Source of the DNA: an uncultured Flavobacteriales bacterium
GTDB taxonomy: Bacteria; Bacteroidota; Bacteroidia; Flavobacteriales; Schleiferiaceae
Assembly: GCA_963978445.1 (NCBI GenBank)
Contig: CAXBRT010000001.1
Span: 1-58,983, forward strand
Reading direction: 5' to 3'
Length of the DNA stretch: 58,983 bases
The notes under the pieces were generated by a model. It was not told the DNA's origin. It ran no database searches and was given only the letters and a program-made list of their open reading frames with translations. The translations under genes and the position numbers were made by a program. The stretch's first letter is position 1; each line of letters begins with the position of its first letter. Positions 32,859 to 40,683 of the stretch are shown piece by piece.

Positions 32859-34760
32859 TTATCGAACAATCGTCACCGGACCTCCATAGCGGAGTTCCTT
32901 TCCACAATGCAAGAGAATGTAGTAGGTTCCGGGAGGTAAGGGATTTCCATTGGCGTTTGTCCCACCCCAGGTATCATCATAATTGTCTTGCATGAAGACC
33001 TGGCCACCCCAACGGTTCAGGACACGGAGGGTGCATTGGTCTCCAAAGGTGACTTCCGAAAGGTCCAAAACGTCGTTCATTCCATCACCATTGGGGGTCA
33101 TGGCGTTTTGAACGTTGGAGAGATCGGGGTCGGTTTGGTCTGGCAAATAGTAGACAAATACTGTATCAATGCCTTTACAGCCCAGCGAATTCGTCACAAT
33201 GGCATAGAAGGTGGTGGAATCTTGGTAGGTCCAAGCCTGAGGGTCCTGCTGTCGGTAATTGTTGAAGTAAACGGGTTTATCCGCAAACCACCGGTAGGCG
33301 GCGCCAGGCGTCACATTCAAATACGCGGTATCTCCACGGGCGATAGCCGTATCGTTCCCCGCAAAAACAGGGAGCGACCATTGCACCACATCGATGGTGT
33401 CATAGGTGGTATCGGGACAAGTCTTTGAATAAACAATGAGTTGCACAGGGTATTTGCCGGGTTGCGACCAACTCACATGTTCCACCGTATCTCCTGTGGC
33501 ACCGTACACATTGGCCAGATTTCCAAAGTCCCAGGAGAAAGTGGCATCGTGGGGAGTGGTTCCACTGGCGTAGAAGGTCAAGTCCTGCGCTTCAAAACAG
33601 CTTTGGCCGTTGTACTGAATGACGTAATCGGGTGCATCGTAAATGTGGAAGCTTTCGTACACTGTGTCCGTACACACCAATCCGGGATTGATGACTAACA
33701 TGACCGTGTAGGCACCCGTGTCAGGATAGGTCCAGGAAGGGGAAGGCGAAGAACTCGTATCTAATGTCGTGGTCGTATCGCCAAAATCCCAGTAATAGCT
33801 AATGGCTCCAGAGGTCTGCGCTTGGAAGGGCATGGTACGTCCCCCGCAGAGCAGGCTGGGCTTCTCCATTTGGGTCAACATGTCTGCGACCACATTACTG
33901 ACGCAGTTGGTGATATTGAACTGGTAGTCGCGGCGCACAGTGGATTGGAAGACACCGTTGCGGTATTCGCTGACACAAATACCCACCACAAATTGTCCCG
34001 TTGTATTGGCCGATCCCGTGATGTACCCGGTGTTTGGGTCGATGGTCAATGCGGGATTGCCTGGAACCGGTGAACTGCTGGTCTGAGGCGCGATAAAGGA
34101 AATGGCCGTGTAAGGAGGCGCCGAAGCAGGATTGGGAGAGGCATTGCCGCTTGAGCCCCCGTTGAGGATGTCACAAAACTCATAGTACAGCGAATCTCCA
34201 TCTGCATCCGTGGCCGAGGCATTGATGTTTTGTAGGTCATTCAAGCACAAAACAATGGGAGGCACCGTGGTAAACTGAGGGGAGTTGTTGCAGTTGTCCA
34301 TGGACGGGATTTGCACCGTGTAGGTATTGCCCTTTCCGCTTGCCACTATGTTTGAAATGGTGGCATTTCGACAGCAGCGCTGGTACGAAATGGTGTAGCC
34401 GCCGACCCGGGCAGGCAAATTCATGGTATGCACGTAGTCCGCGTATTCCGTACAAATGTTGGGAGGCGTGGTCAAACACGGATTTCCCGTACCGGCTGGC
34501 ACACTCACCGTAGGGCCTTTGTTGACCGTGGGATTGTACAGCTGTGCCCCCGTATTGTCAAAAATGGTGAAGGTCACCGTGTTGTCAAATTGTGCTCCAC
34601 CACTGTTACAATCGCGATAAATGCGGAGTTTGATGGTGTAGTTGTTGCCGCCGTTACAGGTGTAGGTGATTTCTCCCCCCACCAGGTGAGCGGCTTGAAC
34701 ACTTCCTGCCGAAAGCAGCAGGAAGAGCCCAACCATCCATTTGAAGAAGTGTCGCTGCAT
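32859..34760 (-). CDS. Secreted multidomain surface protein with a T9SS type-B (gliding-motility-associated) C-terminal domain: cargo B
   Basis: Signal peptide. Cys-rich N-module (AHLVGGEITYTC...YRDC), cadherin/He_PIG-like motif (ATDADGDSLYYE...IDPNTGYITG) and two PKD-like motifs (YYWDFGD, FSWDFGN). CTD reads MTPNGDGMNDVLDL...LNRWGGQVF...PLPPGTYYILL. Confidence 0.85.
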   Translation of the reverse strand: MQRHFFKWMVGLFLLLSAGSVQAAHLVGGEITYTCNGGNNYTIKLRIYRDCNSGGAQFDNTVTFTIFDNTGAQLYNPTVNKGPTVSVPAGTGNPCLTTPPNICTEYADYVHTMNLPARVGGYTISYQRCCRNATISNIVASGKGNTYTVQIPSMDNCNNSPQFTTVPPIVLCLNDLQNINASATDADGDSLYYEFCDILNGGSSGNASPNPASAPPYTAISFIAPQTSSSPVPGNPALTIDPNTGYITGSANTTGQFVVGICVSEYRNGVFQSTVRRDYQFNITNCVSNVVADMLTQMEKPSLLCGGRTMPFQAQTSGAISYYWDFGDTTTTLDTSSSPSPSWTYPDTGAYTVMLVINPGLVCTDTVYESFHIYDAPDYVIQYNGQSCFEAQDLTFYASGTTPHDATFSWDFGNLANVYGATGDTVEHVSWSQPGKYPVQLIVYSKTCPDTTYDTIDVVQWSLPVFAGNDTAIARGDTAYLNVTPGAAYRWFADKPVYFNNYRQQDPQAWTYQDSTTFYAIVTNSLGCKGIDTVFVYYLPDQTDPDLSNVQNAMTPNGDGMNDVLDLSEVTFGDQCTLRVLNRWGGQVFMQDNYDDTWGGTNANGNPLPPGTYYILLHCGKELRYGGPVTIVR

Positions 34761-36253
34761 TATTCGACGACTTTAATCCAAAGCTTGCCGGTGTATTGTC
34801 CGTTCAATCCGGATCCCTTCGCGCGATCTGCTTCCTCGTAGTTACGGAACTTCAAGAGATATACGTAGTACATGTTGTTGCGGTTATCGCGGAAGACCTT
34901 GGCATTGATGCCTTTCTTGGACAGGCTGCTGGCCATGCGGTCGGCATTGGCAGCTTCTCCATAAACACCGGCTGTCACATAGTACCCAGGTGAGCCCGGC
35001 GCCACATTGTTAGCGTACTCTTCCGAGCGGTAGCCGCGAAGCGCACCGCCTGCATTTGGATCGGTGCCACCGTTCCATGAACCGCTTTGACCATTGTCTT
35101 GGTTCCAGCCTGTTCCTCCGGCAGTGCCACTTGAATTACCGCCGTTTCCACGTAGGCCACCATTCTGCGCACCGGCCTCTTGAAGTTGCAAACCTTCTTG
35201 CTTGAGGGCTTCTTTTTGCTTCTCCAATTCAGCTGCTTGGGCTGCGCCCATTTCTTCCTTGAATTCTTCAAAACGCTCGTTGAGCAATTTCTCCGTCTCT
35301 TGTGCAGAGCTGCGTTGCTTGTCCTTCAAACGCTTTATTTCAGCTTCCAAACGCTCATTGCGCTTATTGTCGCCAAACTTATACGACAAAATGAACTCAT
35401 TGGACATGCCCAAATACGAAGCATAGGTGTTGGTGCTGAACTCATGCGCGTAGCCCAAAGAAAGTACGGGAGTCAGATGGACGCCTACATTCATGGTCGC
35501 TGCATAGTTAGAGCGGTACATCGCACCGATGTAGCCGTATTCCTTCATATCGAACATCAACCCGGCATCCACCTGAGGCTTCACAAAAGCAGCTGCACGA
35601 ACGGTCACCATGGGAGACAAGACCATGCGGTCTTTTTGTACGTTAATGTCGTACTGGGTACGGGCCACATAGTGACGAATCAAATGGTACGCCACTGGGC
35701 CGTCGTAGTTATTGCTGTAAGTGATGGTCGGATTGAGCAATTGGGGAACGCTTAGGCCAAGGTTGAAATCCGCCACGCGCAAATTCACACCCAAGATCAT
35801 GTCCAAGGTGCCGTTTTGATTGGCTGGAATCAAGAAAGGATCACCCAGGTTCTTGACTCGGACCGATGCCATGTCAAAGGAGTTGTTCACATAACCTGCG
35901 CCTACGCCGAAACTGAGCACGGAAGTCTCGGACAGCTGTGCATGGTAGGCATAGTTGCCATAAATACCCGAACGGCTAACGATATCCGTCTTGTCCGTGT
36001 AGGCATAGACAGAATAGCCAATTCGCTCCTTGTTAAGGGCGCCATTGAAGACCAATGCCGAAGTCTCGGGAGCTCCTTCCATACCTTGCCATTGCTGACG
36101 GTGCATGGTCGTTAACTCACTGAAGCCTTCTGCACCAGAAACAGCAGGGTTGGTCATTTGAGGAGCGAAGAAATAGTTGGCGTATAGGGGAAGTTGCTGG
36201 GCTTGAACCATGCAAGCTCCCGAAATCAAAGCCAGAACGAGCGTCTTTTTCAT
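34760..36253 (-). CDS. PorP/SprF-family T9SS outer-membrane protein fused to a C-terminal coiled-coil, Gly/Asn linker and SPOR-like domain
   Basis: Start at MKKTLVLALISGACMVQAQQ (signal peptide). LPLYANYFFAPQMTNPAVSG...WQGMEGAP is the PorP/SprF signature. The tail ends YYVTAGVYGEAANADRMASSL...YYVYLLKFRNYEEADRAK (SPOR pattern). Confidence 0.8.
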   Translation of the reverse strand: MKKTLVLALISGACMVQAQQLPLYANYFFAPQMTNPAVSGAEGFSELTTMHRQQWQGMEGAPETSALVFNGALNKERIGYSVYAYTDKTDIVSRSGIYGNYAYHAQLSETSVLSFGVGAGYVNNSFDMASVRVKNLGDPFLIPANQNGTLDMILGVNLRVADFNLGLSVPQLLNPTITYSNNYDGPVAYHLIRHYVARTQYDINVQKDRMVLSPMVTVRAAAFVKPQVDAGLMFDMKEYGYIGAMYRSNYAATMNVGVHLTPVLSLGYAHEFSTNTYASYLGMSNEFILSYKFGDNKRNERLEAEIKRLKDKQRSSAQETEKLLNERFEEFKEEMGAAQAAELEKQKEALKQEGLQLQEAGAQNGGLRGNGGNSSGTAGGTGWNQDNGQSGSWNGGTDPNAGGALRGYRSEEYANNVAPGSPGYYVTAGVYGEAANADRMASSLSKKGINAKVFRDNRNNMYYVYLLKFRNYEEADRAKGSGLNGQYTGKLWIKVVE

Positions 36254-36261
36254 AACGACGA

Positions 36262-38343
36262 TTAATTGCGAATTACAGTAATGGCGCCGCGGTAACGGGG
36301 TTCTCCGTTGCAAAGCAGCAAATAGTAGTAGGTTCCATCGGGCAGTGGGTCGCCTCCGGTATTTGTTCCATCCCAGCCTGAGATGTACCGAGGCTCTTCG
36401 TAGACTTGAGCGCCCCAACGATCTAGGATTACCAGATCACAAGAGTCTGCTTGGACTACTTCCGATAGATCGAATACGTCATTAAAGCCATCGCCGTTGG
36501 GCGTAATGACGTTCATGACATTGGAAATATTTGGCAAAAGGGTGGCGGGGTCAAACTGAACCACCATCATGGAATCAATGCCCCAGCAGCCCAGTGCACT
36601 GCGAACTTCGACAAAGTACCACGTCGTATCGCTAGTGGGTCGCGTTTGTGCGTTGGGATTGTAGGGGTCGCTGAAGTATGCAGGCTTATCTGCATACCAG
36701 TAGTATTGCAAACCACCGGTGGCGTTCAGTTGCACGACGTCCCCGGGCATGACCACCTGATCTGGACCCGCGTTGGGGGTCACGACAATTTGCGTGATTT
36801 TCAACGTGTCGTAGCTGGTGCAATTGTTTGGACCGGTTGCTTCAACGACGTAAGTTCCAGGTTCCTTCGCATAGAAAGAAACACCCGAGTAGGCACCTGT
36901 TGGCCACGTCCACTGATAGCTTAGGCCGTTACCCGTCGCCCCAATAAGAACCGAGTCACCGGCACACAAAGCCAAGCTATCCTTGGGTGCAACGTTTACG
37001 GTAGGCAACGGAATGACATTGACTTGCAAAGGAGCGGTAGTGAAATCGCAGTTTTCGCTGTTAATCACCAAACGGTACTGCGCCGATCCAGCTATCAAGC
37101 CCGTATCCACTGTAAGGTCCGATTGATCTTGACCGGGTATCGCTTGCCAAGACCCAGTTGTGATGGGATATTTCACCTCCCACTGGAAGGTCCAATCATT
37201 GGTCAAACTGGTAGCATTGCTTCGGAGCAACGTAGAATCTCCGGGGCAAATGTCCAGCGAGGCAGCCGATTGCCAAGCCCACTGGATGTTTTCAATGAAG
37301 GTGTCCGGCACTGTGTCTACAAAAAGTTCCACCGAATAGCTCGTATCCGGGCAACCACCAGGGAACCAATAGGTCACCAAGGAATACAATCCCGATTGAT
37401 TGGTGATGTAATCTCGGTTGGTCGCACCATTGATGGTCACCTTGAGCTTTTGTCCAAACTGATCCACAGAATCCTTCAACCATTGGTAATCCACGCTCGT
37501 ACCTGGCGCAAAGGAAACCGGTCCGCGCAGGGTGATGGATTCCGTTTCACAGAAAGCCAAAGAGTCGACTTGACTGTCCTTGTCCAAAACATTCAGCGTG
37601 AACATACCCGCAGGAATATGGGTAATAGTCGTTTGAGGCGCATAGACGTTGATGGTCGTATCCGCACTCATGACGTCACAGTTTCCAGAAGAACCTGTTA
37701 CGGCATAAACTCCACTGGCAAAAACGATGAGTGAATCTGCCGTTGCTCCCGTGATCACAGAGCCACCATTGGTCCACTCGTAGCTGTCTAATCCTTTCGT
37801 GGCGTAAATAACGACGGTATCCCCCTCACACATGCCCCAGTCGGGTGCACCACTGTAGAGGTTTTCGAATCCTCCCACGATCGAATCTATCTCCACCGTA
37901 GGGGCGACATTGACCGTCATTTGAATCGTGTCAGACCACAATACGGGAGATGTGGAACGCACGGCAAGGCCGTAAAAATTGTTGGTGGTGATAGTCACTG
38001 GGACAACGACCCACGCATACTTCACACCGGCAGAAATGGTGTCTGCTATGGTGCCTGTTGGTGCTGGCGTGATAGACTGCCACTTCACAATTTCGAGGGT
38101 ATCGCTGTTGGCTTGGGTAAAAGCCGACTTCATACCCGGAGCAAGCAACACATAAAAATCATTGGTAGCGGTCATGCCTGGCGCACCGATGGTCATGGTC
38201 AAGCGGAGCGAATCACCCGTACACTTTGACAAGTTTGGGGCCTGAACGAGATCTAACGTCTGGGCGCCGAGAAAGGAAGGGGCGGCCAGCAGGAGCGCTA
38301 GAGAAATGCGTCGAATCCAAGACATACGTCGAGTAGTTTTCAT
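36262..38343 (-). CDS. Secreted surface protein with tandem Cys-pair Ig-like repeats and a T9SS type-B C-terminal domain: cargo A
   Basis: Signal peptide. Repeated C.GD[ST] motifs each followed by a closing [NG]C. CTD reads ITPNGDGFNDVFDL...LDRWGAQVY...PLPDGTYYYLL. Confidence 0.85.
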   Translation of the reverse strand: MKTTRRMSWIRRISLALLLAAPSFLGAQTLDLVQAPNLSKCTGDSLRLTMTIGAPGMTATNDFYVLLAPGMKSAFTQANSDTLEIVKWQSITPAPTGTIADTISAGVKYAWVVVPVTITTNNFYGLAVRSTSPVLWSDTIQMTVNVAPTVEIDSIVGGFENLYSGAPDWGMCEGDTVVIYATKGLDSYEWTNGGSVITGATADSLIVFASGVYAVTGSSGNCDVMSADTTINVYAPQTTITHIPAGMFTLNVLDKDSQVDSLAFCETESITLRGPVSFAPGTSVDYQWLKDSVDQFGQKLKVTINGATNRDYITNQSGLYSLVTYWFPGGCPDTSYSVELFVDTVPDTFIENIQWAWQSAASLDICPGDSTLLRSNATSLTNDWTFQWEVKYPITTGSWQAIPGQDQSDLTVDTGLIAGSAQYRLVINSENCDFTTAPLQVNVIPLPTVNVAPKDSLALCAGDSVLIGATGNGLSYQWTWPTGAYSGVSFYAKEPGTYVVEATGPNNCTSYDTLKITQIVVTPNAGPDQVVMPGDVVQLNATGGLQYYWYADKPAYFSDPYNPNAQTRPTSDTTWYFVEVRSALGCWGIDSMMVVQFDPATLLPNISNVMNVITPNGDGFNDVFDLSEVVQADSCDLVILDRWGAQVYEEPRYISGWDGTNTGGDPLPDGTYYYLLLCNGEPRYRGAITVIRN

Positions 38344-38351
38344 TTAAACAA

Positions 38352-38359
38352 CAAATGTA
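38352..38359 (-). promoter_or_regulatory. Candidate -7 box (TACATTTG) for the T9SS cassette
   Basis: Same octamer as the rpsL box, but it ends only 8 nt before the ATG, which would make the mRNA nearly leaderless. No -33 TTG. Confidence 0.3.
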
Positions 38360-38364
38360 CGCCC

Positions 38365-38530
38365 GATTGTCCGGGCAGCCGCCACTTTTAACTCACCGAA
38401 AGGCCCTGTTGTCTCATTGACGGGGACTGTCTTGCGTGAATTGGTGAGGCCTTCGACTCACGAGCGAACAGTCCGTATCGCCAGATTTCACACCAGTTTG
38501 GCCCGAAATTTGTGCGCATTCCGGACAATC
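38365..38530. repeat. Nested inverted repeats spanning the divergent cargo A / dgkA intergenic region
   Basis: Outer repeat is a perfect 10 bp, GATTGTCCGG (38365-74) / CCGGACAATC (38521-30). Middle repeat is GGACTGT (38424-30) / ACAGTCC (38468-74). Inner repeat is GTGAG (38444-48) / CTCAC (38457-61). Confidence 0.6.
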
Positions 38531-38540
38531 CTTGAAACCG

Positions 38541-38924
38541 ATGAAAGACTTAGAACCTATGCCTTTCCTTAAAAGTTTTTGGCAGACCAGCATGCATGCA
38601 CTCAATGGCATTGCTCTGGCTTTTGAAAGTGAACGCAGTTTTCGCATCCACACCCTCGCCATGGTCCTCGTTTCCGCAACGGGCGCCTACCTGGGAATGG
38701 ACCTCATGGAATGGGCCATTTTGTTCTTGACGTATGTGGTTATGTTGGGCTTTGAGCTCCTAAACACCGCCATGGAGTCTTTTGCCAATTTTTTACATCC
38801 CGATGAGCACCCAGCGATAAAACGCGTCAAAGACATAGCCGCAGGCGCTGTTCTTGTCGCATCCATTTTTTCGGTAGCTATTGCAATTATCCTTTTCGGG
38901 CCTAAAATTGCGGCCCTCTTATAA
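38541..38924 (+). CDS. dgkA: Diacylglycerol kinase / undecaprenol kinase family membrane protein
   Basis: 127 aa from the first ATG. Three TM segments; E.LNTA.E (GFELLNTAMES) and KD.AAGAVL motifs. Confidence 0.85.
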   Translation: MKDLEPMPFLKSFWQTSMHALNGIALAFESERSFRIHTLAMVLVSATGAYLGMDLMEWAILFLTYVVMLGFELLNTAMESFANFLHPDEHPAIKRVKDIAAGAVLVASIFSVAIAIILFGPKIAALL

Positions 38925-38935
38925 TCCATCCCTGT

Positions 38936-39358
38936 ATGGCGCTGTATCCCACCCTAGCTGACCATTTTGATTTACATCTGGCCATCTGCCAGAAACTTCA
39001 GCGCGAAAATCCCCATTACAATTGGGTCGGTTTTTATTGGATGGATGACGCGGATCAGGCCTTGTATATTGGGGCCTACGTGGGCGCAACGACGGACCAT
39101 ACTCGCATACCATATGGACGAGGAATTTGCGGACAAGTGGCCCAAAGTGGAGAGACCTTTGTCGTCCCCGATGTTCACGCTCAAGACAATTATTTAGCCT
39201 GTTCTATCCAGACCAAAGCCGAAATCGTAGTCCCCATTTACAAGGACGGAAAATTGGTGGGTCAACTCGATATTGACAGCCACAAGCGCGATCCATTTAG
39301 TGCCGATGACCAGGCCTATTTGGAGCAGGTTTGCGCTGCGGTCGCGCTGCTTCTTTGA
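38936..39358 (+). CDS. GAF-domain protein resembling free methionine-(R)-sulfoxide reductase (YebR/MsrC-like)
   Basis: NWVGFYWMDD...IPYGRGICGQVA...VPDVHAQDNYLACS...EIVVPI...G.LDIDS aligns with my memory of E. coli YebR, including the conserved Cys positions. Confidence 0.8.
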   Translation: MALYPTLADHFDLHLAICQKLQRENPHYNWVGFYWMDDADQALYIGAYVGATTDHTRIPYGRGICGQVAQSGETFVVPDVHAQDNYLACSIQTKAEIVVPIYKDGKLVGQLDIDSHKRDPFSADDQAYLEQVCAAVALLL

Positions 39359-39362
39359 GAAT

Positions 39363-40613
39363 TTATTGATTGAAGCGAATCGCTTCCACGGGGTCCATCT
39401 TTGCCGCCATAGACGCTGGGGCAAGGCCCGAAAGCAGACCAATCACTGCCGATAGAATGACGCCAGTGAGGACATTGTTGGCGCTCATGGCGAGTTCAAA
39501 ACCGGAAATCGCTGTGCCGGCGGCCATGAGGATAGCTACGAGGACAAGCCCTGCCAGCCCACCTACGACAGATAGCAAGGTGCCCTCCAACAAAAACTGA
39601 GTGAGAATAAAGGCGCGTGTTGCCCCCAACGCTTTCTGGATGCCGATTTGCCCCGTTCGCTCGCGAACAGAAACGAACATGATGTTGGCAATTCCGAATC
39701 CTCCAACCAGAATGGAAAAACCGCCAATCACGGTTCCTGCGAGGCCAATGGCGCCAAACATTTGGTCCAAGCCTTGCGAAAACACGGAAGATTCATTCAA
39801 GCTAAAATCATCTTCCGCGATAGGTTTTAGGCGGCGGATAGCTCGCATGTGCATGCGCAAGTCTTCCTTCATTTCCAGGGTCGTGTAGCCCGGCTTGGCT
39901 TTGGCTTGAATGGCCGAACCTCCGAGTTCATCTCCCTTGAGCGCAACAAATAAACTAGCCGGCAGTAACACTTTGGTGTCATGCGATTGTCCCACCATGC
40001 GGGACCCCTCTTTGGGAAGGATGCCAATGACTGTAAAACGGCGGCCTAAGGTTTGGATGGAAGCGCCCAATGCATTCCCGGCAGGAAAGAGGCCTTCAGC
40101 TATTTCTGCACCGAGTACCACCACATTTTTAGCGGAGGCCATTTCTCCTTCTGAGAAGTAGCGACCCGTCTCCATGTTGAGGGAATTGAGCGAACCATAG
40201 AGGTAGGTTACGCCGTTGACTTCCACATTTTCGACCGATGAGTTGCCGTTCTTGACCGTTTCGCCAGACCCAGCGATGTACGTGATATAATCTGCCGTAC
40301 GCGGACTGCGGGCTGAAAGCCGCTTAAAGTCATTCATGCCCACTTCTGGACGCTGGAAATACTTCCACCACGCAAACTCTCCCCCATCGCCGCCCCATGG
40401 CCATTTTTGGATGTAAACCACATCGCTTCCAAGGCTTTCTACTGAATTCCGAATATTCCGTTCCAAGCTGTCCACAATGGCGTAGACGGCAATGATGGCA
40501 AAGATGCCAATCGTAATACCTAATAAACTGAGAAACGTCCTCAACCTATTGGAAACCAATGCCATCCAAGCAAAACGCAAGGATTCCGAAAGGAGAGCAA
40601 CAATTTTCCGCAT
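39363..40613 (-). CDS. FtsX/MacB-type ABC transporter permease with no adjacent ATPase gene
   Basis: 416 aa. One N-terminal TM segment, a large periplasmic domain and three C-terminal TM segments (IGIQKALGA...). Confidence 0.85.
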   Translation of the reverse strand: MRKIVALLSESLRFAWMALVSNRLRTFLSLLGITIGIFAIIAVYAIVDSLERNIRNSVESLGSDVVYIQKWPWGGDGGEFAWWKYFQRPEVGMNDFKRLSARSPRTADYITYIAGSGETVKNGNSSVENVEVNGVTYLYGSLNSLNMETGRYFSEGEMASAKNVVVLGAEIAEGLFPAGNALGASIQTLGRRFTVIGILPKEGSRMVGQSHDTKVLLPASLFVALKGDELGGSAIQAKAKPGYTTLEMKEDLRMHMRAIRRLKPIAEDDFSLNESSVFSQGLDQMFGAIGLAGTVIGGFSILVGGFGIANIMFVSVRERTGQIGIQKALGATRAFILTQFLLEGTLLSVVGGLAGLVLVAILMAAGTAISGFELAMSANNVLTGVILSAVIGLLSGLAPASMAAKMDPVEAIRFNQ

Positions 40614-40651
40614 GGGACCTGAAAATTACAAAGTCCATGCCATGGAATTCC

Positions 40652-40659
40652 TACCTTTG
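40652..40659 (+). promoter_or_regulatory. Candidate -7 box (TACCTTTG) for purH-mreBCD-mrdA-rodA
   Basis: TAnnTTTG match 25 nt upstream of the purH ATG. Identical octamer to the helicase candidate. Confidence 0.4.
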
Positions 40660-40683
40660 TTTTTTAGATTTTTTCCCAGGTAC

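Noticed and set aside
36254-36418. A 55-codon upstream extension of the PorP/SprF ORF that overlaps the 3' end of cargo A.
   Set aside because: The extension is Arg-rich with no signal peptide. The internal Met at 36253 gives a canonical signal peptide followed by the PorP/SprF N-terminus, and leaves an 8-nt gap after the cargo A stop.
38365-38530. The idea that the inverted-repeat-bounded 166-bp segment is a MITE or mobile remnant.
   Set aside because: No target-site duplication flanks the repeats (left flank ...cgccc, right flank cttga...). I saw no second copy in the window, and there is no transposase nearby. I kept it as a regulatory or structural candidate instead.
38414-38662. An 82-aa minus-strand ORF spanning the intergenic region and the start of dgkA.
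   Set aside because: It overlaps dgkA antisense. It is Cys/Arg-rich with no family resemblance and has no promoter or terminator context.
40492-40683. A 64-codon upstream extension of purH that overlaps the start of the ABC permease on the other strand.
   Set aside because: Conserved PurH sequence starts at MSVFTPVQSALISVYHKEG. A TAnnTTTG box lies inside the supposed extension.
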